Source: Felis catus (Eukaryota). From it: 64,000 nucleotides of DNA. The translations under genes were made by a program, and so were the position numbers. The DNA lies in NCBI RefSeq assembly GCF_018350175.1, contig NC_058368.1:26910001-26974000 (forward strand). The letters are read 5' to 3'. Positions 13,826 through 27,188 of this stretch are shown piece after piece (the stretch's first letter is position 1; every line of letters begins with the position of its first letter). Under the pieces are notes generated by a model that saw only the letters and a list, made by a program, of their open reading frames with translations, was not told the DNA's origin and did not search any database.

Positions 13826-14741
13826 TTTTATTTTAATTAATTTAATTTTATTATTTTTTTAATTTCATATGTATTTGATGTATTTATGTATTTATTTTTA
13901 ATATCATTTAGTGTCAAGCTAGTTAACATACAGTGTATACAGTGTGCTCTTGGTTTCAGGGGTAGATTCCCGTGATTCATCGCTTACATACAACACCCAC
14001 TGCTCATCCCAACATGAACCCCCCTCAATGGCCATCACCCATTGTCCCTTCTCCCCCCCCACCCCCTGCCATCAACCCTCAGTTTACTCTCTGCATTCAA
14101 GAGTCTCTTATGGGTTTGTTTCCTTCTCTGTTTGAAACTGTTTTTTTCCCCTTCCCTTCCCCCATGGTCTTCTGTCAAGTTTCTCAAATTCCACATATGA
14201 GTGAAAACATATGATATCTGTCTTTCTCTGACTTATTTCACTTAGCATAACACTCTCTAGTTCCATCCACGTTGCTGCAAATGACAAGATTTCGTTCTTT
14301 CTCATTGCCAAGTAGTAGTCCATTGTATATATAAACCACATCTTCTTTATCCATTCATCAGTTGATGGGCATTTGGGCTCTTTCCATAATTTGGCTATTG
14401 TTGAAAGCTCTGCTATAAACATTAGGGTGCATGTGCCCCTATTAATCAGCGCTCCTGTATCCTTTGGATAAATTCCTGGTAGTGATGTTGCTGGGTGGTA
14501 GGGTAGTTCTATTTTTAACTTTTTGAGGAACCTCCACACTGTTTTCCAGAGTGGCTGCACTGGTTTGCATTCCTACCAACAGAGCAAGAGGGTTCCCATT
14601 TCTTCACATCCTCGCCAGCATCTGTTGTTTCCTGAGTTGTTCATTTTACCCACTCTGACTGGTGTGAGGTGGTATCTCAATGTGGTTTTGATTTGTATTT
14701 CCCTGATGATGAGTGACATTGAGCATCTTTTCATGTGTCTG
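13826..14741 (-). mobile_element. Carnivore/felid L1 3' fragment (5'-truncated)
   Basis: Well-preserved ORF2 C-terminus [20 protein letters not shown]...KCPSTDEWIKKMW...WMELESVMLSEISQ, carnivore-type 3' UTR and T-rich tail; imperfect TSD cctgcactt/cctacactt. Confidence 0.94.
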
Positions 14742-14949
14742 CCTACACTTAACTTATAATGGAACATGCCCATGGTTTCATTTGTGCATGAATAACACTG
14801 TAAGGTTTTCAGAGAAAGAGTTGACCCCTTTTGGTAGAAACATGATAACACACCAAATTGATAAAAGACTATACAAAGACTCCTGGTCAAGTTAGAATGT
14901 AATCTTCTGCTTAATAGTAATGGAGATAACCATAATGATGAGGAGGATG

Positions 14950-15465
14950 GTAATGATAATAACTATCGAATGAATGACTTCATATTCTGTACAAGGCACT
15001 GTAGGAAGTCTTTGTATAAAGTATAGGGAAAAAAGAAAAACTCAATTGTTAAGAGCTTTAACTTTGAAGTTATATAAGCCTGAGTTCAAATACATGTTTT
15101 ACTAGATTAGTTCCAAACTATCACTTACAGGTGGTGTAACTTTGGGCAAATATCTTACATTCATTAAGTCTCAATTTTAAATGTGTAGGGTGGGAATAAT
15201 AATAGGATTTACTTCATGGACTTGTTGTAGAATTAAATTAGATAATGTATATAAAGTCTTTAGAGATTAAAATTAAGTATTTAATATATTTGACTACTGT
15301 TAATAAAATTAGTACTAATTATTTCATAAATTTCTCAGTTTATAAATAAGATTACCAAAGCAATGAGAAAGTAGATAAAGTCAAATAACTAATAAGGTCA
15401 GAATTGGGATTTGAACCTAACCTTTGATCTGTTTTTACTCCAAAGCTCCTATCTCTCTATTACAT
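14950..15465. mobile_element. MIR (+, ~15045-15300) nested between two halves of an oppositely oriented MIR
   Basis: Core 'gtgtaactttgggcaaatatcttacattcattaagtctcaatttt...tgggaataataatagg'; outer halves 'caaggcactgtagg' and 'cagaattgggatttgaacct'. Confidence 0.7.
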
Positions 15466-16782
15466 CAATTGAAAGTCATTTTCACATGAATGTTGATTTT
15501 TAGAAAAGCCTACACTAGATGGACTTGGTTATGAAGAGAATTGTCTTCTGATTAGAAACAATGGCAATTACATAAGAAACTTAGTGTATAAAAAGCATAA
15601 TGCCTGAATCCATGATCTTTGCCTCTTTTTCCACAAATTTTAGAGCTGAGAAGTCAGAGAAGATAAGGACTGAAAAGGTGTCACCAGAGTGAGTAATTAA
15701 GATCCTATGGTTGATTTCTGAGGCAGAAATCATGGTATGTAGGGTTTAGGAGTGAGTGTATTTGGCAACAGAAGGGCTGGCATGGTGGCTAAGATTAGAC
15801 AAGCTTTCTGGGGCATAGCAGGAGTTGGGAGAAGCCCCAGCAGGGAGGCAGAAGATGGATGGTGTGGAACATTTATTGCCCGTGACTCATATTTCCATAA
15901 AGGGAAGAGAATGTCCAATCTACTCTCCAGGAATGGAAAATTATGGGAGGAACATTTTTAGCTTATCTCTCATCCCAGTAGATGAGTAACATATTTTTAA
16001 TTAATTTGGAAGAAGGCTTAGCCCCTTTTCCCTGTAAGCTAGCCTGCAAACCCAGTGGAGACAGGGTATATTCTAGGCTGCTATGATAGGACACAATCCC
16101 ATGTAATAAAGCTATTCGCCCAAACAGCTACAGACACATTTCCCAATCAGCTTTATCAATAATGAAGTTAATGTTTTGATGTGTATTTGTCCAAACATGA
16201 AAGGAGGAAAAAAGAGTGTAACAGAGGTCAGCAACAGGCAGAAATTGAAGCTGATAGGTGGTTGGCTTTAGTAAGTTCTAGTAGTAGTGATATAGGCAGA
16301 ATCTAGTTCCAGGTTGGAGCACTTGACATGTTGATTTGAAACTGGGAATCTAAAGAGTGAGAGTTGCTTCCTTATGACTAGATTTAACCTAGAATCTAAG
16401 CACAAGCTCACTCCCATAGGACTGGAATTTGTGGCCTTAGGTGTGAGGACTGGAGAGATTCCATGCATCAAAACAAACAAACAAAAAAAATCAGATAAAT
16501 GGAGATAACATGTTGATTGCATTTTTGAGAAACAAGATACTAAATGAAAAGCCAAACATAAAACAATAATTTATAAAGTAGCCAAAAGGGTTAGGAAGAG
16601 GATTTTCTAGGGTCTGGGAAATCTGACCATACTTGTAGAGCTCTTGAAAAGGGCAATACTGCAGATACAAGATGGTAAGAGAGGAAGAGAAGAAGGGGGT
16701 AGCCTTGAGGAAAAAAATCACATCCAAGAAAGAATGGGGAAAAAAAAGAGAACATAACTAAAGGAAAAGGAAACTTCTCTCT

Positions 16783-17108
16783 TTTTTATTTAAATTCTAG
16801 TTCATTAACATACAGTGTAATGTTAATTTCAGGTGTACAATATAGTGAATCAACAATTCCATACAACAGCCGGTACTCATCACAAGTGCACTCTTTAATC
16901 CCCATCACCGATTTCTCCCATTTTCCCACCCACATCCTTTTGGTAACCATCAGTTTGTTCTCTATAATTAAGAGTATTTTTCTTTGTTTGCCTCTCTCTC
17001 TTCTCATCCCTTTGCTTGTTTTGTTTCTTTAATTCCACATGAGTGAATGCCATTTGCAATGATGTAGATGGAGCTAGAGAGTACTTTGCTAAATGAAAAA
17101 AAGTCAGA
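16783..17108 (-). mobile_element. Short carnivore L1 insertion with inverted 5' segment
   Basis: Antisense L1 3' UTR at 16783-17047 joined to a sense-oriented ORF2 end at 17048-17108 (PFAMM*MELESTLLNE). Confidence 0.88.
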
Positions 17109-17127
17109 TAAGGAAAATAAAATTTTA

Positions 17128-17321
17128 TTTTTTAAAGTTTACTTTTTTATTTTAAGAGAGAGAGAGAGGCAGAGAGAGAGAGGGAGAGAGAGAATCCCAA
17201 GCAGGCTCCATGCTGTCAGTGCAGAGCTCCACATGGGGCTCCATCTCACAAACCGTGAGATCATGACCTGAGCCGAAATCAAGAGTCAGACACTTAATGG
17301 ACTGAGCCATCCAGGTGCCCC
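17128..17321 (-). mobile_element. Can-SINE
   Basis: TSD AGGAAAATWAAATTTTA at 17111-17127 and 17322-17338. Confidence 0.94.
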
Positions 17322-17612
17322 AGGAAAATTAAATTTTAAAGAGAGGAGGGAAATGGAAGGAGTTTTTGTTTAGATGGAGGAAGGATAAGAGCTGAGGGTG
17401 ATGGTGTGGAGTTAGCACATTTGAGCAAATGAAATGGTGTATAAAGCTATGAAAGAGGGATTGGCATTAGTGGTCTAAGTGATACAGATTAGAGTAAATC
17501 CATGGTGAACCTACTAAATTCAGTTTTGCCATTTTTATTTTGGTATGTTCTGTTGTCCAGGATAAGGAAGCACAGCAAAAGATGGGATGGAAATTGGATT
17601 AAATAAATTCAG

Positions 17613-17838
17613 CGGGGCGCCTGGGTGGCGCAGTCGGTTAAGCGTCTGACTTCAGCCAGGTCACGATCTCGCGGTCCGTGAGTTCGAGCCCCGCGTCAGG
17701 CTCTGGGCTGATGGCTCGGAGCCTGGAGCCTGTTTCCGATTCTGTGTCTCCCTCTCTCTCTGCCCCTCCCCCATTCATGCTCTGTCTCTCTCTGTCCCAA
17801 AAATAAATAAAAAACGTTGAAAAAAAATTTTTTTTATA
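17613..17838 (+). mobile_element. Young feline Can-SINE
   Basis: TSD TAAATAAATTCAG at 17600-17612 and 17839-17851. Confidence 0.97.
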
Positions 17839-18013
17839 TAAATAAATTCAGTACATCAAACACATTTTAACTTTTCTTTCTTAATAATTATGGATTTTAA
17901 ATAGCTATTCTCTTAATATGGTAGTATAGCGCTAAATATATAAGTTATAAAAGATAAGGCTGAACTCAAAACATACCTGGGAAGTAGTTTGTTTGGTTTG
18001 TTGGTTTATTTTA

Positions 18014-18245
18014 TTTTATTATTTTATTTTATTATTTTTTAAATGTTTATTTATTTTGAGGGAGAGAAAGAGAGCAAGCAGGGGAGGAGCAGAGAGAGAG
18101 GGAGAGAGAGAGAGAATCCCAAGCAGGCACCATGCTGTCAGCACAGAGCCCAATGTGTGGGACTTGATCCCGTGAACTGTGAGATCATGATCTGAGCTGA
18201 AATCAAGAGTCAGATGCTTAACCAGCTGAGCCACCCAGGCGCCCC
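18014..18245 (-). mobile_element. Can-SINE
   Basis: TSD TGTTGGTWTATTTTA at 17999-18013 and 18246-18260. Confidence 0.94.
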
Positions 18246-18965
18246 TGTTGGTATATTTTAAAACTAAATTCAGTATCTCAGATTACAAGTGGAGTGCTAA
18301 TATTTATTGAACACCTAAGAAATATTAGACATTTGCTTGGGCACCACACAAATATGTAACTTGATTTAATTAAATATTCCAAGGTTCTGGATCATTTATT
18401 TAAAAATTCTGGATCACTTATTCAACAATTGTGCATCTACTAACTGCATACCTCTGGAACATAATATAATGGACAGTACATAGTTCTTTCTCTCCTTTAT
18501 CTTACACCCAGTTGTGCCAGTAATACATGACACAGATTAATCACTTTAGCAACATTGAAAGGGTAAGTACAATGAAGTATCACTATGTTTCACAAAATTT
18601 CAGAGGAATGAAGAGCATGAGATGTTTTTGGAATGATGGACAGGATTTTGATGAAGAGGAGAGGAAAGGCTTGGATATTTCAGACCACAGCTGTTGCGTG
18701 CTAGAATGACCACAGTACATAGGTCTAACTACTTCAGGGAAGTAAAAGAGAAAGTTTGAATCAGATACACTGAGATTCAGAGGCTGGGTGGCAGGTGAGA
18801 GGGCTGCTTGGTGCAAAGAGAGAAGAGAAACATATCCCTGAGAGTCTGCACCATGGGTTCATCTGATAGTTGTAGCTCCTCTAGGTTGTTTTGGACATGA
18901 AATCCTGACTATGCCATGTTTTTTATATAGTGTTCTATGAATATTATTCCATCATAAGGATTTTC

Positions 18966-19171
18966 TTTTTTTAAAGTGTTTATTTATTTTGAAAGAGAGA
19001 GAGAGCATGAGCTGGGGAGGAGCAAAGAGAGAGGGAGAGAGAGAATCCCTAGCAGGCTCCGTGCTATCAACACAGAGCCCAACATGGGGCTCAATCTCAC
19101 GACCATGGCATCATGACCTGAGCCAAAATCAAGAGTTGGATGCTCAACTGACTGAGCCACCAAGGTACCCC
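18966..19171 (-). mobile_element. Can-SINE
   Basis: SINE body; AGGATTTTC on both flanks. Confidence 0.93.
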
Positions 19172-19789
19172 ATCAGGATTTTCAAAACATGAAGTCTGAA
19201 AGAGTCAGTGTTGTCTGTAATCATTAATGTAATTCCCTCTCCCCCAAGCAGTCCTCAGCTGACCTACCCATTAGTGCAAGTTAAACTGGAAACTACTAAC
19301 TTTGGAGCAAGCCACAAGGCCTTCAAGTAACCTAGGATTTTTTTCCTTTTTTAAATATTAAACTATACTAAATAAATATGTAGCAATTTAAGTTTTTAAG
19401 TTTCTCTCCTAGAGCCAAAAACTGAGTTCAGATGTTTTTAGTGTTTATAGCTTTAAAAGTAGCTAAGGGGTTGATACCATTTTATTATGCCTCTTAAAAG
19501 TAAAAAAGAAATAGCCTGGTAAATTTTATTTTGACAAATGGTTGAATAAAACCTTCCAGAATATATCCTATAACCCCCAACCTACACAAGGTCAGATAGA
19601 ACACCATGATGACTGTGAGAGAAAGCCTTGGACAGTTGCACGAGTTGTAAGAGGTCTCAGGAGTCAATGTAGGCCAACTCACCTCCCCAAATCCTTGTAT
19701 CTTCATGCAAGCAAAGCAGCTAGATGGGTAGGCTGGCCCATGCTGTCACACCTCTTGGCCCACCACTTCCCACTACACCTAACATTTCA

Positions 19790-20345
19790 ACAGATTCACT
19801 CATTTAACAAAAATACTTATGAGCAGTCACTCTGTGCAAGCTATTAGGATACAGTGTAAAAAAAAAAAAAATACATGTGCTCTCTGCAGTCATGCAGCTT
19901 ATAACCGAGAAGGGAAAGCAGATGTTAAGTAACTACAAGGTTAATTATTGAACTGTAAAGATGCTAAGTGCTCTAAAAAAGGAATATGTGGAGCTGCTAA
20001 GAGAATGACCTAGTCTGGAGGACTCGAGGAAGTCTTGAGTTGTCCAACTAAGGAATGCTACACATGTAGCAATTTATTGCCCCATAGAGATTCCAGAATG
20101 TAAAGAACAAGAAAAGTATCATCAACAATGTCTCATACACTCTCATGAGCACTTTATGAATCTTAACTCTATCTTCATAACCTCCCTATGAAGCAGATGC
20201 TATTACTATCATCATTCTCATTTCATATGTGGGGAAACTGAGGCACATAGAGGCTAAGGAACTTGTGTATGGTCACAGAATGACATAATGGCTTAGCTAA
20301 GATTTGGATTCAGATGCTCTCAACCACCATGCTGTGATGCTTCTG
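19790..20345 (-). mobile_element. L2 3' end (~19790-20050) and MIR (~20130-20345)
   Basis: 'attcactcatttaacaaaaatacttatgagc' (L2 tail) and 'ggggaaactgaggcacatagaggctaaggaacttg' (MIR core). Confidence 0.75.
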
Positions 20346-21978
20346 TTCCATAGTCCATATAAAGCACAAGGGAAGAAGCAAGCACATCAAGGTATAAAAT
20401 ATGCTAGGATTAGCTTATGTACATTTGTCTTCTGCATCCAGTAGCTAAATTCAATCAAATCTAAGATCACTAAAATCCATCAGAAATCAAAATGGAGCTG
20501 GATAATATTTTGATATATGATTTACATTTTTTTCTCACCTATTTTTTCCTTTACCCTTTCCATATTTAAGCCAATAGCTGGCTCTGTGCTCTTATGCCTC
20601 AGGTATAGGAAGTTGTCCCTGTCCTTTCTGGCTTTTCTTTCTAAAAATAAAACAAAGCCCCTAGAAGAACTTCCAGTGCTTATAGAGGATGCATTAGGGA
20701 GAAAATGTTTGCAGGAGCAAACTTTTGAAAAGAGTAGAAGGAAGGAAAGTGCTTTCCCCAAGGAGGGAGGTCCTGGGGCAGGAGTCAGATGCAGTCTTCT
20801 GGAAATGTCCGGGGAGGCAGAAGAGCCTAGTGTGGAACAGCTTCAAGTCATAGGTATGACTGTCAAGGAAGGAGAGCACGGTAGCATCAGAAGGCCATCA
20901 CACTGGAAAGGACGGAGCATGTGGAACGTGACAATGAGCATGAATTCAGTAGGATCCAATCAGGATCACTGTCTCCATCTGTGTTCTGGTGGGTGTCTCC
21001 TCCCTACCACCTGGCAACATCTCAGAGAGATCCTATAGCATTTCCGGACAATTTCAACCATAGCTACAGTCTCCTAGGTAAGCAATAGGCCTAACTTTAA
21101 TTTCCTGTTTTGACTAAAGCTTTTCTTCTGTCAGGTGAGGTCTGACTCCAGGCTTTAATTAGGTACTAGGAGTAGGACAGGCAGGCTGTCCCTACTGCTG
21201 TCTTCTAAACTTCAACTGCTGACACCACCTTCTCTTCTCCTCACCCCAAGGTGGAGCAGGAGGGCTGAGTAGAAAGAGCAAAGGCCTATTTACTCAGAGG
21301 TCGCTGTTCGTAGTTCTGTCAGATGTAGAGTCTCTCTCTTAGGTTATATTTGCAGATTATTTACATACCCCTCATTCAAGGAACTCTAGTCTGGACCTTT
21401 CCCTACTGGATACCTTCCAAATGACCTCTTACCATCCCCTGCAGCTGTCGCCTTCTAGTGGTGCACACACAGCCTCTTTCTGCTGGGGTCCTTGAGCTGG
21501 CTCAAACCTGGCTCCCCTGTGGAGTTCACTTGCTGATGTACAAAATCCCAGAACAGTGGCACATTTGGGGAAGGGGAAGTTTCCAAGAGAGGTGGACGTT
21601 AAATTTCCTCACAAGCATGAATGATAGAAAGTCCAGAGTCAGAAATTAAGATGACTTATAAAAAATAAATCGATATTCATTGCATTTCTACGTTTACAGT
21701 TTGAGAATCACACCTGCTAAAATGGTAAGTCCCTTATATGAATGTTGCCTCTGGAATTGTGTAACACATGGCTCTAATCATCTATTAGTGTATGCCAAGA
21801 AGTTGTTGCCTATTACAATACATTTCCTTGGACTTTTTCGAAAGTTACATAGGAGAAGTCAATTGCCATTGTCCTAGGCAAAGTACGAGGCTGAAGGAAC
21901 AATTTACTTTCTAACTAATTTTAACCACGGAAATTATGTATACAATGAAGAGTACCTTCTGGTTTCTCATTCAAGATT

Positions 21979-22192
21979 AAAAAAAAATTTTTTTTAATTT
22001 ATGTTTGATAAAGACAGAGAGACAGAGCGTGACTGGGGGAGGGGCCAAGAGAGGGAGACACAGAATCTGAAGCAGGCTCCAGGCTCTGAGCTATCAGCAC
22101 AGGGCCTGATGCAGGGCTCGAACTCATGAACTACAAGATCATGACCTGAGCTGAAGTTGGACGCTTAACCGACTGAGCCACACAGGCACCCC
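21979..22192 (-). mobile_element. Can-SINE
   Basis: TSD CTCAYTCAAGATT at 21966-21978 and 22193-22205. Confidence 0.95.
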
Positions 22193-23137
22193 CTCACTCA
22201 AGATTTTAAAAACTGTCTTCTTTTAAAAAGATATTCATTCGCTAAATGTTTATTCTGCTCCTACTGGATACAAGGGCTACAGGATTCAAAGAAGACTATA
22301 TGGTTTAACAAGTAGAAGAGGATATGACATGTCACAGATACTGAAACAGAAGGGAAAATATGATAAATTCCACCACAGAAGAGGCAGGGACAGAAATCTC
22401 AGTGGTTCCCAACCAGAAACCATTTCAACTCAAAAAAAAAAAAAAAAAAAATGTGTGCTCCTCATAACAAGAGTGAAAAACAGTCTTCTTCAGTAGAGCA
22501 ATATAGAGGAAGAGATTTCTTTCCCTCCTCTCCCCACACTGGCCTCCCTCTTTCCTCTTTTGTCAGTAGTAGCTCAAAATCCTCAAGTCACTGCTAATCA
22601 CTAATTGTCACAAAGTTGACTTCTGTTCACGATCCACTTTCTAGATTTTATCTTGTCCGTATTGTGGCATCAGGGGACCATCATGTTTTGATACTTTTCT
22701 GTTCCATTGATCTTCTCTTATAGTTTTCAAGATACCAAGAAAACCTTGTATTCTGTGCTGGGGAGGAGAAACTGTTAGCTGGGCATTTTTACCCAATATT
22801 AACAGTTCTAAAACAACAAAATTTCATACTTAAAAGTATATGATGCTGTTGTGTCACTAGATTCCTCTTTATCACTAAAGAGGTATTAAATGTTGCTGGG
22901 TCAACTCGGACATGCTTAGTTAACGGGAAAGGGAGAACAAAGTAAATAAACCTACGTAATGGGTCTGCAAATTAAAAGGAAGGCAGCATGGTTGGGAGTC
23001 TCTCAAGAATCACACGTCTATGTGTTCTGCCTCTCACTCTTTCTGACTTGTCAAACCTTTTTGATTTTTCAATTACACATCCCTGAATCCTTAGGAAGGT
23101 AACAAAACCTAAACCTCTCAAATCTGTTAAAATTCTC

Positions 23138-23170
<33 letters not shown>

Positions 23171-24287
23171 AGAAAAAAGAAACAAAAGCAAGGAAGATGG
23201 AACAGAAGCAGAAATGGCTGTTCTCAGCTCCCAGCACATATGTTCTGGGAGAATGACATAGTTTTGCAATAATTTCAGATCAATAGTTCATTCTATTCTT
23301 CCCAGGCTCATCCCTCAATTGGTTACGAGTTCCTTCATAATCATACTCTAAGTTCCCTAGATGTCCATAAACGCTTCTTCAGTGAAATTGGCAGATAAAA
23401 ACTCTCATTCTGTAAATGTGTTTAAAAACACGTTTGATAAACTAATTATGTATTTCAGATATGCTAATTTTTCCTGATGAAGTAAATGTTAGACATGCAG
23501 ATTTTAAGCCATCATCATTTCCATTGATTACTGACAGAAATATTAAGGATCCAATAGTGTAGAATAAAATTAAACGAAACAACTTCAAATGGATGGAGGA
23601 GGGCATTTTGTCCAAATATGAATCATTTTATTTTAGTGAAACCTATTACGCACATATATTTATTAGTCATTCACATATCCCCTGCACACTTATGTGCTAG
23701 GCAAAGCAGAGTGATGGGCTGAGAAATATCCCATGCTATTGTTCTCAATGGTAATTAACATCTAAAATCTTGGAAACAGTGCACTGAGTGGGCACTAAAC
23801 CGGGTTAGATGTGATAGCTGGCAACATCAGCCAGTGTGCAGTACATTTGAGTGGGAGTCCTATTTCTAAATTCCATTCAAAGCAACCCTCTCCTCACAGC
23901 AAATTACATCTCTTGATTCCTTCATTTCTCTGGCATTAAAGATTGGGGAAAATGTTTGGGAAGAGAGTATTGGTGAGGATTCTCAAGATCTCGTTTTACC
24001 AGAGCTTTCCATGTCATGCCACTTTATAATTAATGCATTAACAAAGTAGTTCTTAAACCCATTAGGGCATCCCTTGCCTTGAAACCTTTAAAATACCTGA
24101 GGATTCTAGTATCTCCCTAAGGTGATGAAAGTAGGATAGAGATACTCTATATCACTGCTTACTTTTTGTAAATGTCTATACTTGCATTTATTAATTTTTA
24201 ATAGTTAAACCTGAAGCCAAGAATTTTGACTTAAATTGGAAGAGAAAGGCAAAATACGATCTTCTTAGCTGAGCACAAGAAAAAATG

Positions 24288-24470
24288 GAATGTTCTCGAT
24301 TCTGGCTACATATTAGAATTATCTGAGAGATTTTTTTTTTTTTTTTTTTATACTGAAACCTTGGTCCTATTCCAAACTGATTAAGTCAAACCTGTTTAGG
24401 AGGCTTGGAGATCAGCATTTTACAAAGTTATCCCAATGTTTCTGATGTGTAGCTAGAATTGTGACCACTG
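24288..24470. mobile_element. MER5-like hAT-Charlie DNA transposon remnant
   Basis: 'gttctc...tggctacatattagaattatctgagaga...ttctgatgtgtagctagaattgtgaccactg'. Confidence 0.75.
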
Positions 24471-24859
24471 GAAAAGATAAACCAGCAATGATTGAGAAGC
24501 GGATGTGTCTTACAGCTGTGGAAGACTCTGGGAAATAGGACAAAAGTTCCTCTTGGATAATAATGGAATTGCCTCAGGAGCTGTTCTGTATAAAGGGAGT
24601 AGTGTGGAGAACCAATAAGAGCTGGATCGAATGAAGTACACAGGTTTCTAAAACCACTAAGAAGGGCTTGGTCTGGGACGGGGCTGAATCTGAATAAAAA
24701 GATAATAATGCCCAGAGACTCTCTTAATCTAAGACACACCCTACTCTGACTCTGTAATCACCAATCTGCAGAATAGTCAACAAACCCTACATTCAAAGAG
24801 ACTTTGAATTCCTAAGGAGAGATATGAGAGGAAAAGTCGCATCAAATGAACTATTTATT

Positions 24860-25072
24860 TAAAATTTTTTTGAATGTTTATTTACTTTTGAGAGAGACAG
24901 AGAGAGAGAGAGCAGGGGAGGGGCAGAGAGTCAAGGACATACAGAATCCGAAGCAGGCTCCAGGCTCTGAGCTGTCCGCACAGAGCCCGATGTGGGGCTC
25001 AAACGCACTGTCTGAGAGATCATGACCTGAGCTGAAGTGGACACTTAACCGATTGAGCCACCCCGGCACCCC
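24860..25072 (-). mobile_element. Can-SINE inserted in an L2 tail
   Basis: Degenerate TSD tcaaatgaactatttatt / tcacatgagctatttatt. Confidence 0.94.
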
Positions 25073-26139
25073 TCACATGAGCTATTTATTAAGTACATGG
25101 CCTTTGCGGGATATTGTGGAAGATATAAATAAATATAAGACATGGTCCCTGCCTCCAATGAGCATATTTTCAGTGGGCTGGACAGATCAATTGTGATAAT
25201 ACTCATGTTACTAATCATCGCAAATTTTCACTTTTGAATCATTCTTCTTTATACTCTTCTTCACCACAACTTAAGAGCTATTTAAAAACAGTCTGTAATT
25301 GGTTGTCATGTAGTGGCTCAGACCATAAGGACTCTGCTTTTAGAGAAGGAAGAGGACACTATGGATACGACTCACCTAGGAGAAGGCTTCATAGGGGCTT
25401 AGACCCAAGCTGAGTTTGATGGCTGAATTGGGTGTGGATAAGTGAAAAGAGGCGGTTCTTGGTCTTGGAGATGTCTTCCCTGGTGTCACTGTGGTGTGTG
25501 GGGGTCAGAGACATGAATGGTTTGCTGATGCTCAGGAGGCCTCAATGCCTTCCTGGTGTGCACCAGCATTGCCAGGAGAGGTGATACCTCACATGAGCAA
25601 ACTTCCACAAAGGGATAGGTAATCAAACCTCTGTCCACACTGCCACACCATTCACGGTGTGCTCTGTGATCCATGCACGCCCATCACCATAAAAGCCTCC
25701 ATGTCCTTTTACCAAGTCAAAGTCATTGACGTTTTAACTAAAGGAAGAGCATCAAGTCTGAAAACCTAGTTAGATACAAAATAAATGGTTTATTGTTATC
25801 ATACCAAGCATATGACAAGATAATATTTATGTTTCTAGACTTCATGGCTACCCCGTGTGCATGTAAGTTCATTAAAAGCTAATGCTCTGGGAGAGGTTAG
25901 TTGCCATCAACAAGCTTTATCAAGAATGGGATAACTGAAAGGAATCAGAGTATGGGGACTAAGTGAAACAAGAGCGGCCCACAGGGGAGGCGGGGTGCCA
26001 AGAGGAAGAGGGTGCACTCAAAAGCCAGTGGGGAGACAGCCGGCAAATGCTGTCGGCTCCATGGTTTTCCTGAGAACTGTCTTTGTAGGATTGGTCCGGG
26101 AGTTTCCCTAGAGCAGCAGGATCACTGTGGACAGTGGTG

Positions 26140-26530
26140 GGAGCTACTCTGTGAATCAGAACCACTGACAGGAGACCCAGGAATGTACAACTTTTAAAAG
26201 TACCACCGATGGTGCTAATGTGCAGGCACATCCTGTTCTAGAACAATTCTCCCAAAAGAGGCCTGGAATGGATCACTGGAGGCTCACCCACCTGCAGTTT
26301 GATCTTAGGCACCACAGAAGTTACAGAGTAAAGAATTTCAGGGTTCTAGACAGTGGTCGTCAAACTCCAATGTGCATAAGAAAAGCCTGTTAAGTCAAAA
26401 GTGGGTGCCAGGCCAGAAGTTTAGGATTCAGCATGTCCTAGGACTAGGCTGAGAACATGTGTCTTTCATAAGCTCCTCAGAGGATCTTGATACAGGTGGA
26501 CTGAGGACCACAATTTGAGAAACGCTGCTG
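26140..26530. mobile_element. Two MER5-like remnants (~26140-26240 and ~26348-26530)
   Basis: Termini 'cagtggtcgtcaaact' and 'ggaccacaatttgagaaacgctg'. Confidence 0.7.
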
Positions 26531-27188
26531 GCATGTTGCCAGGGTGTGGCTCACAAGCCATCTTGTGTACGACCGAGGGCACGCTGGCTGGTAGAGAACT
26601 CAGATGACCCAGCACGCTGAGTCCTTCCGGGGAAGTGTTGGGGACGACACCTCCAACCCCTTCTTCTCCACTGTGTGTAGCATGAAATGAACGTTCGTTC
26701 TCTCCTCACTGAACGCTGGCTCTCCTCACTAAGAAAAGTGTTCCCCTTTCCCTCCTTTTCTTTGTAAAGAAGGTAAAAGTTGGCCTCTCAGGTAGATCAG
26801 ATTGAGGATGGACCAGAGAGTTGTCAGCCGAGCAGAGGAGAGGGTTATTTCACAGCCCTGTGGAGGTTTTCCTCAATTCTTATTTGATTATGCTTCCATG
26901 TAAGGTAATTTAACTTTCGTTCCAGAAAGGTTTTTTTTTTTTTTGAATGTCAAAGTAGATTACTGTGAAGGCAATTATTTCTACTGAATATTTTTTTAAA
27001 TACCAATAGTAAAGTGACTTGGAATGTACTAGTAAGAAACAAACACAGCCATTTAAAAAAATCTTGCAATCTTCATGACAAGTAACAAAGGGTTTTTAAA
27101 ATTTATGTCTTATTTATATTGTGTGCACGTATTCAATGTGCATAATTAAGGATCCTCTGAAAAACCTGTAAAAAAGAGAAAATTAAAT

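Larger units (their letters stand above)
11185..14790 (-). mobile_element. Old L1 (L1M-type) host element split into pieces (~11185-12075, ~13650-13825, ~14742-14790) by younger insertions
   Basis: Colinear antisense ORF2 C-terminal sequence (ORF 11493-11726 LAIPLLEIYSK) resumes after each insertion. Confidence 0.75.

Noticed and set aside
14108..14560. 150-aa ORF with strong protein similarity
   Set aside because: C-terminus of L1 ORF2p in a 5'-truncated copy; not an autonomous gene.
26820..26910. Possible exon ending at AAG|GTAATT (26904/26905)
   Set aside because: Single moderate donor with no supporting ORF or promoter; common by chance.
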